The translations under genes and the position numbers were made by a program. A DNA stretch of 64,000 nt, from contig CAXBME010000017.1 in NCBI GenBank assembly GCA_963976765.1, positions 62,001 to 126,000 on the forward strand, given 5' to 3'. This DNA is from an uncultured Planctomycetaceae bacterium. GTDB taxonomy: Bacteria; Planctomycetota; Planctomycetia; Planctomycetales; Planctomycetaceae. The notes under the pieces were generated by a model. The model was not told the origin of the DNA. It saw only the letters and a list, made by a program, of their open reading frames with translations, and made no database searches. Below, in pieces: positions 19,953 through 30,240 of the stretch (its first letter is position 1; each line of letters begins with the position of its first letter).

Positions 19953-21317
19953 ATGAGCACCGTCGCCCTCCCGCCTCAGGAATCGTCCGACAGCACCGAA
20001 GTTCCCGAATTGAAAGTCGTCACCGACGCCACCTGCACATTCTGCGGCTGCGTCTGCGATGACATGGAACTGACGGTCAAGAACAACAGGATCACCAAAG
20101 CGAAGAACGCCTGTGTCCTGGGTAAAGCCTGGTTCCTGAATCACCACATCGAAGATCGCCCCGAAGCGACGATCGAAGGCCAGCCGGCGTCGTACGAGCA
20201 GGCGATCGAACGAGCTGCCGACATTCTTTCAAACGCGATTTACCCGATCACGTACGGACTGTCGGACACGACGTGCGAAGCTCAGCGAGTCGCCGTTGCG
20301 ATTTCCGACTGGATTGGTGGCTGCGTCGACACGACGACTTCCGTCTGCCACGGTCCGTCCGGTATCGCGTTTCAGGAAGTGGGCGAGGTGACCTGCACGC
20401 TCGGCGAAATCAAAAACCGAGCGGACTACATCGTCTTCTGGGGCGGCAACCCGGCGGAAAGTCATCCACGACACTTCACTCGCTATAGCCTGATGCCCAA
20501 AGGCCAGTTTTTGCCGAACGGTCGCAAAGACCGAACCGCGGTGTTGATTGACGTGCGAAAAACGAAGAGCGCGAAAGCTGCGGACATTCATCTTCAAGTC
20601 AAACCGCGATCCGACTTCGAACTCGCCTGGGCCATGCGAGCCATCGCGAAGGGAGTTGAACTCGACCCGGCGGCCATCGAAAAGAAAACCGGAATCTCGC
20701 TGGAACAGCTCACAGGAGTCGTCGAAGGAATGAAAGCCGCGAAGTTCGGCGTCATCCTGTTCGGAATGGGCCTGACGATGACTCGCGGTAAGCATCTCAA
20801 CAGTGAAGCCGTGCTGTCCCTGGCTCGAGACCTCAACAAATACACCCGTTGGACTGCCAAGCCGATGCGAGGACACGGCAACGTTACCGGCGCTGACAAC
20901 GTCGTCACCTGGCAAACCGGATACCCATTCGGCGTGCATCTCGGTCGAGGCTACCCACGCTTCAACCCTGGCGAGTGGACATCTTCCGACCTGCTGGCAC
21001 GAGGCGAAGCGGACGCGGCATTGATTATCGCTTCTGACCCGATGAGTAATTTCAGCCAGCCAGCTCGCGATCATCTGGCGAAAATCAATTCGGTCGTTCT
21101 GGACCCGAAGCTCAGCGAGACCGCGAAAGTCGCCACAGTCGCCTTCACGACCTCGACGTACGGAATTAACACAGGCGGCACCGTCTACCGCATGGATGAC
21201 GTCCCGATCCCGCTGCGCCCGGCCTTCGACTCGCCTTACAAGAGCGACTACGAAATTCTTAAGGCCATCGAAAAACGCATCCGCGAAAAGCAGCTCAACG
21301 GCAATCTGTCATCGTAA
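19953..21317 (+). CDS. fwdB: Formylmethanofuran dehydrogenase subunit B (FwdB/FhcB)
   Basis: CTFCGCVCDD, ACVLG, SVCHGPS, CTLGEIKNRAD, HPRH, MRGHGNV, YRMDDVP. Confidence 0.93.
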   Translation: MSTVALPPQESSDSTEVPELKVVTDATCTFCGCVCDDMELTVKNNRITKAKNACVLGKAWFLNHHIEDRPEATIEGQPASYEQAIERAADILSNAIYPITYGLSDTTCEAQRVAVAISDWIGGCVDTTTSVCHGPSGIAFQEVGEVTCTLGEIKNRADYIVFWGGNPAESHPRHFTRYSLMPKGQFLPNGRKDRTAVLIDVRKTKSAKAADIHLQVKPRSDFELAWAMRAIAKGVELDPAAIEKKTGISLEQLTGVVEGMKAAKFGVILFGMGLTMTRGKHLNSEAVLSLARDLNKYTRWTAKPMRGHGNVTGADNVVTWQTGYPFGVHLGRGYPRFNPGEWTSSDLLARGEADAALIIASDPMSNFSQPARDHLAKINSVVLDPKLSETAKVATVAFTTSTYGINTGGTVYRMDDVPIPLRPAFDSPYKSDYEILKAIEKRIREKQLNGNLSS

Positions 21318-21338
21318 ACACTTTCGAATACCGATTGT

Positions 21339-21452
21339 GGGTGGTACTGGTTGCTTGCCAACCAGTGTCGCGAAGCGACAAGAGGTTTATCGGTCAACCT
21401 GACGGACCTCTTGCGGCTGCGCCGCTCAGGTTGCAAGTAACCTGAGCCACCC
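21339..21452. repeat. REP/REPIN-like nested palindrome
   Basis: GGGTGG...CCACCC outer stem enclosing CTGGTTG..CAACCAG, CAAGAGGT..ACCTCTTG and TCAGGTT..AACCTGA hairpins. Confidence 0.75.
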
Positions 21453-21542
21453 TGATTGTTCTCTCGTCAACTGAATTTGGCAAAAGACCTGTTCGGAAAC
21501 CTCTCATACACGCAGACTGACAATCGTAAAATTGGTGGATTG

Positions 21543-23201
21543 ATGCCTCAGCTACTGATCAAAGGCGGAACGGTTTACGACCCGAAGAACAATATCGACG
21601 GCGAGGTCCGTGATATCTGGATCCAGGACGGTCGAATTATTGACGCCCCGTCAGACCTTTCGACAAAGGCTGACAAAACGCTTGATGCGACAGGCTATGT
21701 TGTCATGCCTGGCGGCGTCGACATGCACTGTCATATTGCAGGGCCAAAGGTCAACACCGCTCGCAAGATGATGCCGGACGACAAACGTCTCGCGCCGATG
21801 GTTCATCGGACGATGCACACTCGGTCGGGAACGACGGGTGCTGTACCGAGTACCTGGGCAACCGGGTATCTCTACTCGGGACTCGGCTACACAACCGCCT
21901 TCGATGCCGCTGTCCCGCCACTGGCTGCTCGGCACACCCACGAGGAACTCGAAGACACGCCGATCATCGACAAGGGCTTCTACGTGATGATGGGCAATAA
22001 CCATTACATCATGAAGCAGCTGAAGGCGCAGGATCCGGAAAAAGTCAAAGCCTGCGTCGCCTGGCTGATCAACTCAGCAAAGGGGTACGGAGCCAAGCTG
22101 GTCAATCCCGGCGGTGTCGAAGCGTGGAAGAGTGGGCAGCGCAACGTCGACACACTCGATGAAACGGTCGACGGATTCGACATCAGGCCTCGCGACATCA
22201 TTCAGGGAGTTGCGCGAGCGGTCGACGAACTTGGGATGCCGCACCCGGTCCATCTTCACTGCAACAACCTGGGGCTTCCCGGAAATCACGACACGACCTT
22301 CGAGACAATGAAGTGTCTCGATGGCTACCGAGGCCATCTTACCCACATTCAGTTTCACAGCTACGGCGGCGACCCGAACGACCAGGCGACATTCAAATCT
22401 GAAGTTCCACGTCTGGCGCAATACGTCAACGAGAACAAGAACCTGACCGTCGATGTCGGACAGGTCATGTTCAACAAGACGACGTCGATGACGGGCGACG
22501 GACCGCTCGGCTATTTCCTGCACAAGGTGCTCGGTCGCAAATGGTTCAGCGGCGACACGGAAATGGAAGCAGGTTGTGGCATCGTCCCGATCGAATACCG
22601 CAATAAAAGCATGATCCACACGCTGCAGTGGGCGATCGGTCTGGAGTGGTACCTGATGGTCGACGATCCGTGGCGCATTGCCATGAGCACTGACCATCCC
22701 AACGGCGGCTCGTTCATGGCCTACCCGGAAATTATCGCGCTGCTCATGGATCGAGGCCGTCGCCAGGAAGTGCTGGACAAGGCTCCGGCTGGAGTCGCGG
22801 AGCGTTGCAGCCTTGCCGACCTCAGCCGCGAATACACACTCTTTGAAATTGCGATTATCACGCGAGCATCGCCAGCCAGAATCCTTGGCCTGCAGAATAA
22901 GGGGCACCTTGGAGTCGGCGCCGACGCGGACGTCACGATCTACAGCCGCGACGACGACATTCAGCGAATGTTTGAACTGCCGCGTTACGTTGTGAATCGA
23001 GGTGAAATCGTCGTTGATGACGGCGAAGTCCGATCGAACAATGAAGGCAAGCTGCTGCACGTCGCGCCGGAGTTCGACCTGGACATGATCCCGGATATCC
23101 AGGACTGGTTCGAGGATCACTACACAATTCAGTTCCGCAACTACCCGGTCGATCAGGATTACCTGTCGAACCCCGAACTGGTGCCGACAACGCTTTCGTA
23201 A
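21543..23201 (+). CDS. fwdA: Formylmethanofuran dehydrogenase subunit A (amidohydrolase, FwdA/FhcA)
   Basis: GGVDMHCHIAG, GYTTAFDAA, KLVNPGG, HLHCNNLG, THIQFHSYG, STDHPNGG. Confidence 0.95.
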   Translation: MPQLLIKGGTVYDPKNNIDGEVRDIWIQDGRIIDAPSDLSTKADKTLDATGYVVMPGGVDMHCHIAGPKVNTARKMMPDDKRLAPMVHRTMHTRSGTTGAVPSTWATGYLYSGLGYTTAFDAAVPPLAARHTHEELEDTPIIDKGFYVMMGNNHYIMKQLKAQDPEKVKACVAWLINSAKGYGAKLVNPGGVEAWKSGQRNVDTLDETVDGFDIRPRDIIQGVARAVDELGMPHPVHLHCNNLGLPGNHDTTFETMKCLDGYRGHLTHIQFHSYGGDPNDQATFKSEVPRLAQYVNENKNLTVDVGQVMFNKTTSMTGDGPLGYFLHKVLGRKWFSGDTEMEAGCGIVPIEYRNKSMIHTLQWAIGLEWYLMVDDPWRIAMSTDHPNGGSFMAYPEIIALLMDRGRRQEVLDKAPAGVAERCSLADLSREYTLFEIAIITRASPARILGLQNKGHLGVGADADVTIYSRDDDIQRMFELPRYVVNRGEIVVDDGEVRSNNEGKLLHVAPEFDLDMIPDIQDWFEDHYTIQFRNYPVDQDYLSNPELVPTTLS

Positions 23202-23247
23202 CAATCGGTTGTGTCAGCTCCAGTAGCTCTTAGAGACAGGCAGCCGA

Positions 23248-23448
23248 CCACGGATTGCACTGATGAAGACGGATCAAAAGGATGCCCCTGGGAGCAACCA
23301 TTGAATCAGGATGAGTTCATCGCCCTGTAAGCCTTGGATCAACGGTTTCAGCCTCTGTCTTCCAACTCAGTTGATGAATTCCGTGACCGACCTGGTGATG
23401 CTCCATCAAGCATCCAAATAAATCCACGTCAATCCGTGAAATCCGTGG
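23248..23448. repeat. Triple-heptamer inverted repeat with a ~147-bp spacer
   Basis: cacggat-tg-cactgat-gaa-gacggat ... atccacg-tca-atccgtg-aa-atccgtg. Confidence 0.7.
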
Positions 23449-23565
23449 GAATTATTTACCACGACCCGAGGCAGACAGTGGTGCCCTGACGCGGGACACA
23501 ACTAGAATCCCGCGCCGCTTGAGATGTCATCACACCGTTAAAGATTGAGGATTCAGGAGTTCGCT

Positions 23566-24558
23566 ATGAAAGACCCGATTCGCGTTGCCGTTACCGGAGC
23601 CGCTGGAAATATCGGCTACGCCCTTGTTTTCCGCCTCGCGTCGGGACAAGTGTTTGGTCCGGATCAACCCGTGATCGTTCATCTGGTTGAGGTGCCACCG
23701 GTTCTCCCGTCGCTCGACGGCGTTCACATGGAACTTGACGATTGCGCGTTCCCAACGCTCGCTGGCGTCGTCAAAGCCGACAGTGATCACCTGGAAGACG
23801 CGTTTGCCGGCTGCAACCTCGTTTTGTGCGTTGGCAGCGTGCCTCGTAAAGACGGGATGGAACGAGCGGACCTGATCCGGATCAACGGACCGATTTTCAC
23901 GAACACTGGCAAGGCCATTAACGCTGCCGCAGCCAAAGACGTCCGCGTTGTGGTGGTCGGAAATCCGTGCAACACGAATTGCCTGATCGCCATGTCGAAC
24001 GCTCCTGACGTGCCGCGAGACCGCTGGTATGCCATGACGCGGCTCGACCAGAATCGTGCAGTTTCGATGCTCGCTCAGAAATCCGGTCAGCACGTCTCGG
24101 ACGTCCAGAACCTGACGATCTGGGGCAACCACTCGGCGACTCAGTACCCGGACTTTTACAACGCGAAGATCGGTGGCAAGCCTGCCGCCGAAGTTATCGG
24201 CGACGAAGCCTGGTTGCAGGGTGATTTTATCTCGGCTGTCCAGAAACGCGGGGCGACCGTGATCAAAGCTCGCGGAGCATCCAGCGCTGCTTCTGCCGCC
24301 AACGCCGCACTCGACAATGTTCGAGATATCTGGTTCCCGACTCCGTCAGGCCAGACATTCAGCGCCGCCGTCTGCAGTGACGGCAGCTACGGAATCGACG
24401 AAGGTCTGATCGCCAGCCTGCCGCTGACCAGCGACGGCCAGACATGGACCGCGGCTCAAGGCTTTGAGCACAACGATTTCGCCCAGGCAAAGATCGACGC
24501 CACCATCGCCGAACTTCGCCAGGAGCGAGACACGGTCAAGGATTTGCTGCCGAATTAG
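23566..24558 (+). CDS. mdh: Malate dehydrogenase (type 2)
   Basis: [54 protein letters not shown]. Confidence 0.97.
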   Translation: MKDPIRVAVTGAAGNIGYALVFRLASGQVFGPDQPVIVHLVEVPPVLPSLDGVHMELDDCAFPTLAGVVKADSDHLEDAFAGCNLVLCVGSVPRKDGMERADLIRINGPIFTNTGKAINAAAAKDVRVVVVGNPCNTNCLIAMSNAPDVPRDRWYAMTRLDQNRAVSMLAQKSGQHVSDVQNLTIWGNHSATQYPDFYNAKIGGKPAAEVIGDEAWLQGDFISAVQKRGATVIKARGASSAASAANAALDNVRDIWFPTPSGQTFSAAVCSDGSYGIDEGLIASLPLTSDGQTWTAAQGFEHNDFAQAKIDATIAELRQERDTVKDLLPN

Positions 24559-24582
24559 GCAGTCGCTGAATCCACCAGGCGG

Positions 24583-24620
24583 AAAGACGTCGGCATATAA
24601 ACTGTCGGCGTCTTTTTGTT
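24583..24620 (+). terminator. Rho-independent terminator of mdh
   Basis: aaagacgtcggca / tgtcggcgtcttt stem followed by a T-rich tail. Confidence 0.7.
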
Positions 24621-24640
24621 TATTCTCTCAGCCGATTTGG

Positions 24641-24698
24641 GCCACAGACTTCACAGAGGACACGGCGAAAACTCGGTGCTCTCTGGGAACTCTGTGGC
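24641..24698. repeat. Triple-heptamer palindrome
   Basis: cacagac-tt-cacagag-ga-cacggcg ... ctcggtg-ct-ctctggg-aa-ctctgtg. Confidence 0.7.
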
Positions 24699-25627
24699 TA
24701 ATTCCGGGAGACGGTTGGAGAATCCTGGGCTTCGTCAGGCGGAGCCTGACCTGCGGGTGTCGTTCGAAGTCGAATGTCGATCCATTCAGGGTCGACGAAC
24801 CGCTTCAGCAGGAATCGGAACGTGTGCTCGATGCGGCCTTTCGTGCGAAGCATTTCATCTGCCGATGGCGATTCAGCAAACGGAACAAACCCGTGAAGTT
24901 CCAGTTGCATCGTCCACTTTTCGTGGCGGGCGGATTCGTTAATTCGGTCCATCACTCGCTTGGCCCAGACCATTCCGAATGAGTCCATAAAGTCGAACCA
25001 CAAAACGTCCAGTCGGCTGATGCCAACTTCGGCCGCAGCCTTTGAACGACGATGCGTCTCGGCAATGGCAAGCAGAATTGCCAGCGACGCGATGAACCGA
25101 GCGGTGCTTCGTTCTGGAAAGATGTCGGGAACTGCCGCCGACATCGGAGCGACGAGCAGGACAATCGCAGCGGCGTAGTACAAAGTGGAAAGCGTGTAGC
25201 GGGTTCCGAAGTAGTTGCCGCCAGACATGATCAGCACGAGGCCGAAACCGACCAAAGCCGGCACTTCGATTTCAATCGGGTCGGTCGGACGAGCTACCTG
25301 GAACGAAGCTACTGCCGGCCACATCAGAACGAGCACCAGTGGCAGCAATACAAAAAACGCCCACGCGCTGGCTCCGGGGCGACGTGCTCCCAGGACGGCG
25401 ATCCCAGGACACAGCAGTACAACGGCAGCGAAATACCAGCCGAGATCGACCCAGCCTGTCGACTGTGCGGGATTGATGAGTTCGATCGATTGAGCCACCG
25501 CCGCGCTCCCCAGGCCGGTCATCGCGCACCAGGCCGCTGTCGGCAACGTTGTTGACCGCAGCCGCTTCAAGCTTCCTGCAACAACCCACAGGGAAATCGT
25601 AAGGTTGGCAACAATCACGGCGGACAC
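24698..25627 (-). CDS. Hypothetical multi-pass membrane protein
   Basis: About 7 hydrophobic segments; LGARRPG..AW.FFV and W.DF.D.FG.VW motifs. Confidence 0.75.
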   Translation of the reverse strand: MSAVIVANLTISLWVVAGSLKRLRSTTLPTAAWCAMTGLGSAAVAQSIELINPAQSTGWVDLGWYFAAVVLLCPGIAVLGARRPGASAWAFFVLLPLVLVLMWPAVASFQVARPTDPIEIEVPALVGFGLVLIMSGGNYFGTRYTLSTLYYAAAIVLLVAPMSAAVPDIFPERSTARFIASLAILLAIAETHRRSKAAAEVGISRLDVLWFDFMDSFGMVWAKRVMDRINESARHEKWTMQLELHGFVPFAESPSADEMLRTKGRIEHTFRFLLKRFVDPEWIDIRLRTTPAGQAPPDEAQDSPTVSRN

Positions 25628-26208
25628 TGCTGAGCATTCCCGTCTTTAGCGCGGCGTTGATTTATGCAATGACAACCGCATCCGAGCGGTCCAGCGAGTT
25701 CGCACTGTACCGGTTCCGACGGTCGCGCCAACCGGAGCGATCACCGCCGGACTGGCATGCGAAACCGGCAGATCACTTCCGACTGGTGGGGTTTCGCAGG
25801 AGTCCGTGCTCAAAAAGCGTAATCACTTAAAGAACCGAGTTTGACAGCCCTGTCACGTGACCTAGGTTCCTTTCGCGAGCGTACCGGAGACGGATTTCGC
25901 CGGACGACTTTCTGTCCGGCTGGACCCTTCCCTTTAGAATTCCCGTCGTCTTTCGTCGAAGCTGGTTCCGGCATGGAGCGAACCGCTGAGGTGGGCCAGA
26001 AAGACGTCAAACCCGGACTCGCACGCTGCGGACAGACAGACCGACGGAGCTCTGTCCAACGTTTGAGTGGAATTTTCATTTCGTATCTGTCTCAGGAATG
26101 TGGCTGGACAATCTGTAACAACGAACTCTGATCGCAACCGGGCAGTTGCAGAGTTTCGAAGAGCAGATCATGGGAAGACACATTTCGCGACAAAGAAGGC
26201 GGCGTGCC

Positions 26209-26787
26209 ATGCAACCGAAGCAGATTCTGACAACGGGCGAAATCGCAAAATATTGCGGAGTCAATTTTCGCACAGTGATTCGCTGGATCGAACGCGGACG
26301 ATTAACCGCGTACCAGCTCCCCGGACGCGGCGACAACCGTGTGACGGTCGAGGATTTCATTGATTTCCTCAAAGTAAACAACATGCCGATTCCGGAAGAC
26401 TTCTCGCAGCGGGAACGTCGAGTTCTGATCGTCGAAAACGATCCGGCTCTGGCGGCTCAGGTCGAAGAAGCTTTGAAGAATTCCGGTTTTGAAACAACCG
26501 TCGCCTCAGATGGCTTCCACGCAGGATCGCTGCTGGGAACATTCAAGCCGTCGGTCATGGTTCTGGACCTGCGAATTCCTGGACTGAGCGCCAACGACAT
26601 CGTCGCCTTTATCCGCACCGCCAGCGGTATGGATCGATGCAAAGTGATGATCGTTGCCTCAGACGGTTCCGCTGCTGGAACCGGCACCCCACTTCCAACG
26701 GGAGCCGACGGCTATATCAGCCAGCCGTTCTCGAATGAAGAACTGGTCAACAAAGTGACTCAACTGCTTGAGCCGAGCTACGTCTAA
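26209..26787 (+). CDS. Response regulator with an N-terminal excisionase-type HTH
   Basis: LTTGEIAKYCGVNFRTVIRWIERG..LPG plus a receiver domain (VLIVEND, VLDLRIPG). Confidence 0.9.
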   Translation: MQPKQILTTGEIAKYCGVNFRTVIRWIERGRLTAYQLPGRGDNRVTVEDFIDFLKVNNMPIPEDFSQRERRVLIVENDPALAAQVEEALKNSGFETTVASDGFHAGSLLGTFKPSVMVLDLRIPGLSANDIVAFIRTASGMDRCKVMIVASDGSAAGTGTPLPTGADGYISQPFSNEELVNKVTQLLEPSYV

Positions 26788-27044
26788 GCTCGCTGCAATG
26801 ACAGTTCAGAGGCTGTGACATTCGAACCGTCTGTCGCAGAAGCCGTTCAGGTTGCACATCGTCTGGTCGCGTGAATGCCTGTCGAATTTTCGACGGAACC
26901 ATCGCGACCAGACGTTCGGCTTGCGCAAAGCGGAAAGTCCGTCGCAGGCTGGAACGATCGCAGAGTTGTCCGGCCTGAGTGAACTGGCAGCAGGTCAGTT
27001 GCCGGAACTTCGTAGAACGACTGGTCCCACCTGCATCTTTGAAT

Positions 27045-27761
27045 CTACTCGATGCCAAGCACTTTGTTCTGCAGAGCGATCAGTTCGCGGATGCCCTTCT
27101 CAGCGAAATCGAGCTGTCGATTCAGCACGTCGCGACCGAACGTTCGTCCTTCGGCAGTGCCCTGAACTTCGACGAACTCGCCGGTGCTCGTCATGACGAC
27201 GTTCATGTCGACTTCCGCCGCGCTGTCCTCGACGTAGCAAAGATCGAGCAGCACGTTGCTTTCGACCATGCCGACGCTGATCGCCGCCACGTTGGCCTTC
27301 AGCACGGGTCGGTCGGTCGGAAAGTCGTCCAGCGTATTCAGTGCGGCTGCCAGAGCGATGTACCCACCGGTGATGCTGGCCGTTCGTGTGCCGCCGTCGG
27401 CTTCCAGAACATCGCAATCGATCGTGATCGTCCGCGGGCCGAGTGCTTCGAAATCGACGACTGATCTCAGACTGCGTCCGATCAGTCGTTGAATCTCGCT
27501 GGAGCGACCGTCGATTTTACCAATTGAGCGTCGATTGCGTGGCGACGTACTTCCCGGCAGCATGCTGTATTCTGCGGTGACCCAGCCGCTAGGGACTTCG
27601 TCGTGTTTCTTCCAGGGGGGCAGCGAGTCGTCAATGCTCGCCGTACAAAGAACGGTCGTTCGTCCCGCTTTGATGAGAACGCTACCCGGCGCGCTCCCGG
27701 TGTATCCCAGAGTGATTTCTACGGGCCGCAGTTCGTCCGGCTGTCGGTTGTCGCTTCTCAC
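27045..27761 (-). CDS. rph: Ribonuclease PH
   Basis: [50 protein letters not shown] start after AAGGAG. Confidence 0.97.
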   Translation of the reverse strand: MRSDNRQPDELRPVEITLGYTGSAPGSVLIKAGRTTVLCTASIDDSLPPWKKHDEVPSGWVTAEYSMLPGSTSPRNRRSIGKIDGRSSEIQRLIGRSLRSVVDFEALGPRTITIDCDVLEADGGTRTASITGGYIALAAALNTLDDFPTDRPVLKANVAAISVGMVESNVLLDLCYVEDSAAEVDMNVVMTSTGEFVEVQGTAEGRTFGRDVLNRQLDFAEKGIRELIALQNKVLGIE

Positions 27762-27874
27762 GGCTTTCTCCTTCAATCGTGATTCTATTGTTTCATCCAT
27801 TGTGGTTTGCGGCGGACTGTACTGACCGCTGGAAGACGTCACAATCTCCGTGAAGGCCCCTGCTGTTTTTCGAA

Positions 27875-27980
27875 TTCAAAAAAGAACAGTGCGCAGAGAT
27901 CGCTGAGGACTCGCAGAGCAAAAAGGAGAAGTCTCCATTCAACTTTGTGTTTCTCACCTCTGTAACCTGCGTTCAAAAAT
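27875..27980 (+). repeat. ~105-bp dispersed palindromic repeat, copy A
   Basis: Aligns by eye to the reverse complement of 32752-32856. Confidence 0.75.
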
Positions 27981-28010
27981 CTTTCAGATCATGAATGTCT
28001 TCGCGTAAGG

Positions 28011-30011
28011 ATGCTCGAGATGGTTAGAGTCATCGCCGCTTTGATTTTGTTGCTCCTGCCGTCTCAGCTTTCCATGCGTGCGGCGATGGCTGACGAGGCT
28101 GACGCTCAGCTTGAGGCACGATTCCGGCTTGAACAGGCCGAGGAGCAGGCCTTCAAAGAAGCCGCCGTGCTGGCCAGTCCGTCGATCGTCCGAATCGACA
28201 CCGTCGGCGGGTTGGACATCGTTGGCCGAACGCTGACATCGACGGCGCCGACGACTGGTCTCATCGTCAGCGAAGACGGATTCATTGTCTCCAGCGCGTT
28301 CAATTTTCTGTCGAAGCCAGCGTCCGTGCTGATCACGTTGCCCGACGGTCGGCGCTTTCCGGCAAAGACAGTCGCCACCGATCGGCTGCGGATGGTCACG
28401 CTGCTGAAGATTGAAGTAAACGGTCTGAAAGTTCCCACACCTGCACCGAAGGCGGGAATCAAAGTTGGCCAATGGTCCATCGCGCTGGGAAGAACGTATG
28501 ACTCGGCGTTGCCAAGTATCTCGGTGGGAATTGTCAGCGCTGTCGGCCGAATCTGGGGCAAAGCCATTCAGACCGATGCCAAGATTTCGCCCGTCAACTA
28601 CGGAGGTCCGCTGGTTGATACGGAAGGCCGTGTGATGGGAATTCTCGTGCCACTGTCGCCTCAGGGAGATTCTGAATCGGCGGGCGTTGAGTGGTACGAC
28701 TCGGGAATCGGTTTCGCCATACCACTCGACGATATCTATGCCGTGCTTGATCGTCTGAAGCTGGGCTCCGACCTGCATCCAGGACTATCGGGAGTCTCGA
28801 TCAAAAGTGCCGACCTTTACGCCGTCCAGCCAGTAATTGACCGAGTCCGCTACGACTCGCCAGCCTACAAAGCCGGTTTCAAAGCAGGCGACGTTATCGA
28901 GCTGGTCAACGGCCAGCCAATCAAACGGCTTGTCCAGTTGTTCGACCAGCTGAAGAGTCGGCTGGAGGGGGAGACAATCGAGATGACGGTCTCTCGCGGC
29001 GAGGAAAAAATCACCGAGCGACTGACGCTGGTCGGCGAACTGCCGGCTTACGAGGTTGCGTTTCTGGGAGTACTGCCTGAACGCGAATTGGGATCAGCAG
29101 CTACCACGGGGGGAGTCGGCGTGCGATACATTTACGCTGACAGTCCGGCAGCGATGTCGGGGATCCAGAAGAGTGACCGGCTGCTCAAGTTGAACGGCCA
29201 GGCCATCGAAAACGTTGACGGTCTGCGAGACCAGCTCAGTCGACTTCGGCCAGAGACGAAAGTTCAACTCGAAATTGCACGCGGCGACAAAACAAGCACG
29301 ATCGCCACCACGTTGGGAGTCGTGCCGCAGGACATTCCTGCTGAAATCCCCGCTGTTGCGACAGCTAACGCCGAGAAAGCAGAAGAGCCAAAGACCGGTC
29401 GCTTCACTGGCAAAGTCGATGGCTACGAGGACGAATACTGGGCTTTCGTGCCGGAGTCGTACTCGCCTGCTCAGGACTGGGCCCTGCTGGTCTGGCTTCA
29501 TCCGAGTAACACAACGATGGAAGCCACACTGTACCGCGAATGGAGAACGATCTGTGAACAACGCGGCATCATTCTACTGGCGCCAAAGACTTCCACTCGC
29601 ACCGGCTGGACGCCGAATCATGCCGAGTATGTTCGAGACGTCGTGGCTGACTTCCAAACAAAGTACAACATCGCTGCTTCCCGCACCGCCGTCCACGGAC
29701 TCGGTAACGGCGGCGAGTTTGCGGCCAGTGTCGCGTTCCGCTTTCCGGAACTGTTTCGGGGCGTCGCTCTGGCCAGTGCCGCTTTGCAGACTCGCCCCCC
29801 CGAGCACACTCCCGAGTTTCAGGTGCAGTTTCATCTGATTTACGGAGACCGCGATCCTGCCGGAGCCTTCGTGCAGAAAACTGCGAGCGGCCTTGCAGCG
29901 CTGAAGTTCCCCGTGACGCTGCGAAAAGTTACCGGGCACCGCGCCGGCTATCCACCAACGGACGCCGTCGAAGAAATGGCCCGCTGGCTCGACGCCCTCG
30001 ACCGCCTTTAG
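28011..30011 (+). CDS. HtrA-like trypsin fold + two PDZ domains + alpha/beta-hydrolase-like domain (catalytic residues altered)
   Basis: TTGLIVSEDGFI, IQTDAKISPVNYGGPL, two PDZ (SPAYKAG, SPAAMSG), C-terminal LLVWLH...VHGLGNGG. Confidence 0.85.
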   Translation: MLEMVRVIAALILLLLPSQLSMRAAMADEADAQLEARFRLEQAEEQAFKEAAVLASPSIVRIDTVGGLDIVGRTLTSTAPTTGLIVSEDGFIVSSAFNFLSKPASVLITLPDGRRFPAKTVATDRLRMVTLLKIEVNGLKVPTPAPKAGIKVGQWSIALGRTYDSALPSISVGIVSAVGRIWGKAIQTDAKISPVNYGGPLVDTEGRVMGILVPLSPQGDSESAGVEWYDSGIGFAIPLDDIYAVLDRLKLGSDLHPGLSGVSIKSADLYAVQPVIDRVRYDSPAYKAGFKAGDVIELVNGQPIKRLVQLFDQLKSRLEGETIEMTVSRGEEKITERLTLVGELPAYEVAFLGVLPERELGSAATTGGVGVRYIYADSPAAMSGIQKSDRLLKLNGQAIENVDGLRDQLSRLRPETKVQLEIARGDKTSTIATTLGVVPQDIPAEIPAVATANAEKAEEPKTGRFTGKVDGYEDEYWAFVPESYSPAQDWALLVWLHPSNTTMEATLYREWRTICEQRGIILLAPKTSTRTGWTPNHAEYVRDVVADFQTKYNIAASRTAVHGLGNGGEFAASVAFRFPELFRGVALASAALQTRPPEHTPEFQVQFHLIYGDRDPAGAFVQKTASGLAALKFPVTLRKVTGHRAGYPPTDAVEEMARWLDALDRL

Positions 30012-30240
30012 CCACTTTGCTGCCCGTCTTATTTGCAGCCTGCATTTCTTTCTGACCGCGCCGAGCAATTCATCTGATTCTCTGTTGAGAATTCAATGTC
30101 ACTGCGTAATTACTCTGAGCAGCCGGCTTGCTTCTTGATCCGTCATTCCCGCGAAGTGGAAAACCAGGCTCCACATGGACTGTCTCGGTATCCGCCTGCG
30201 CGGTGATGACGAAACCTCATGCTTAATTCGAGGAGTAGCC

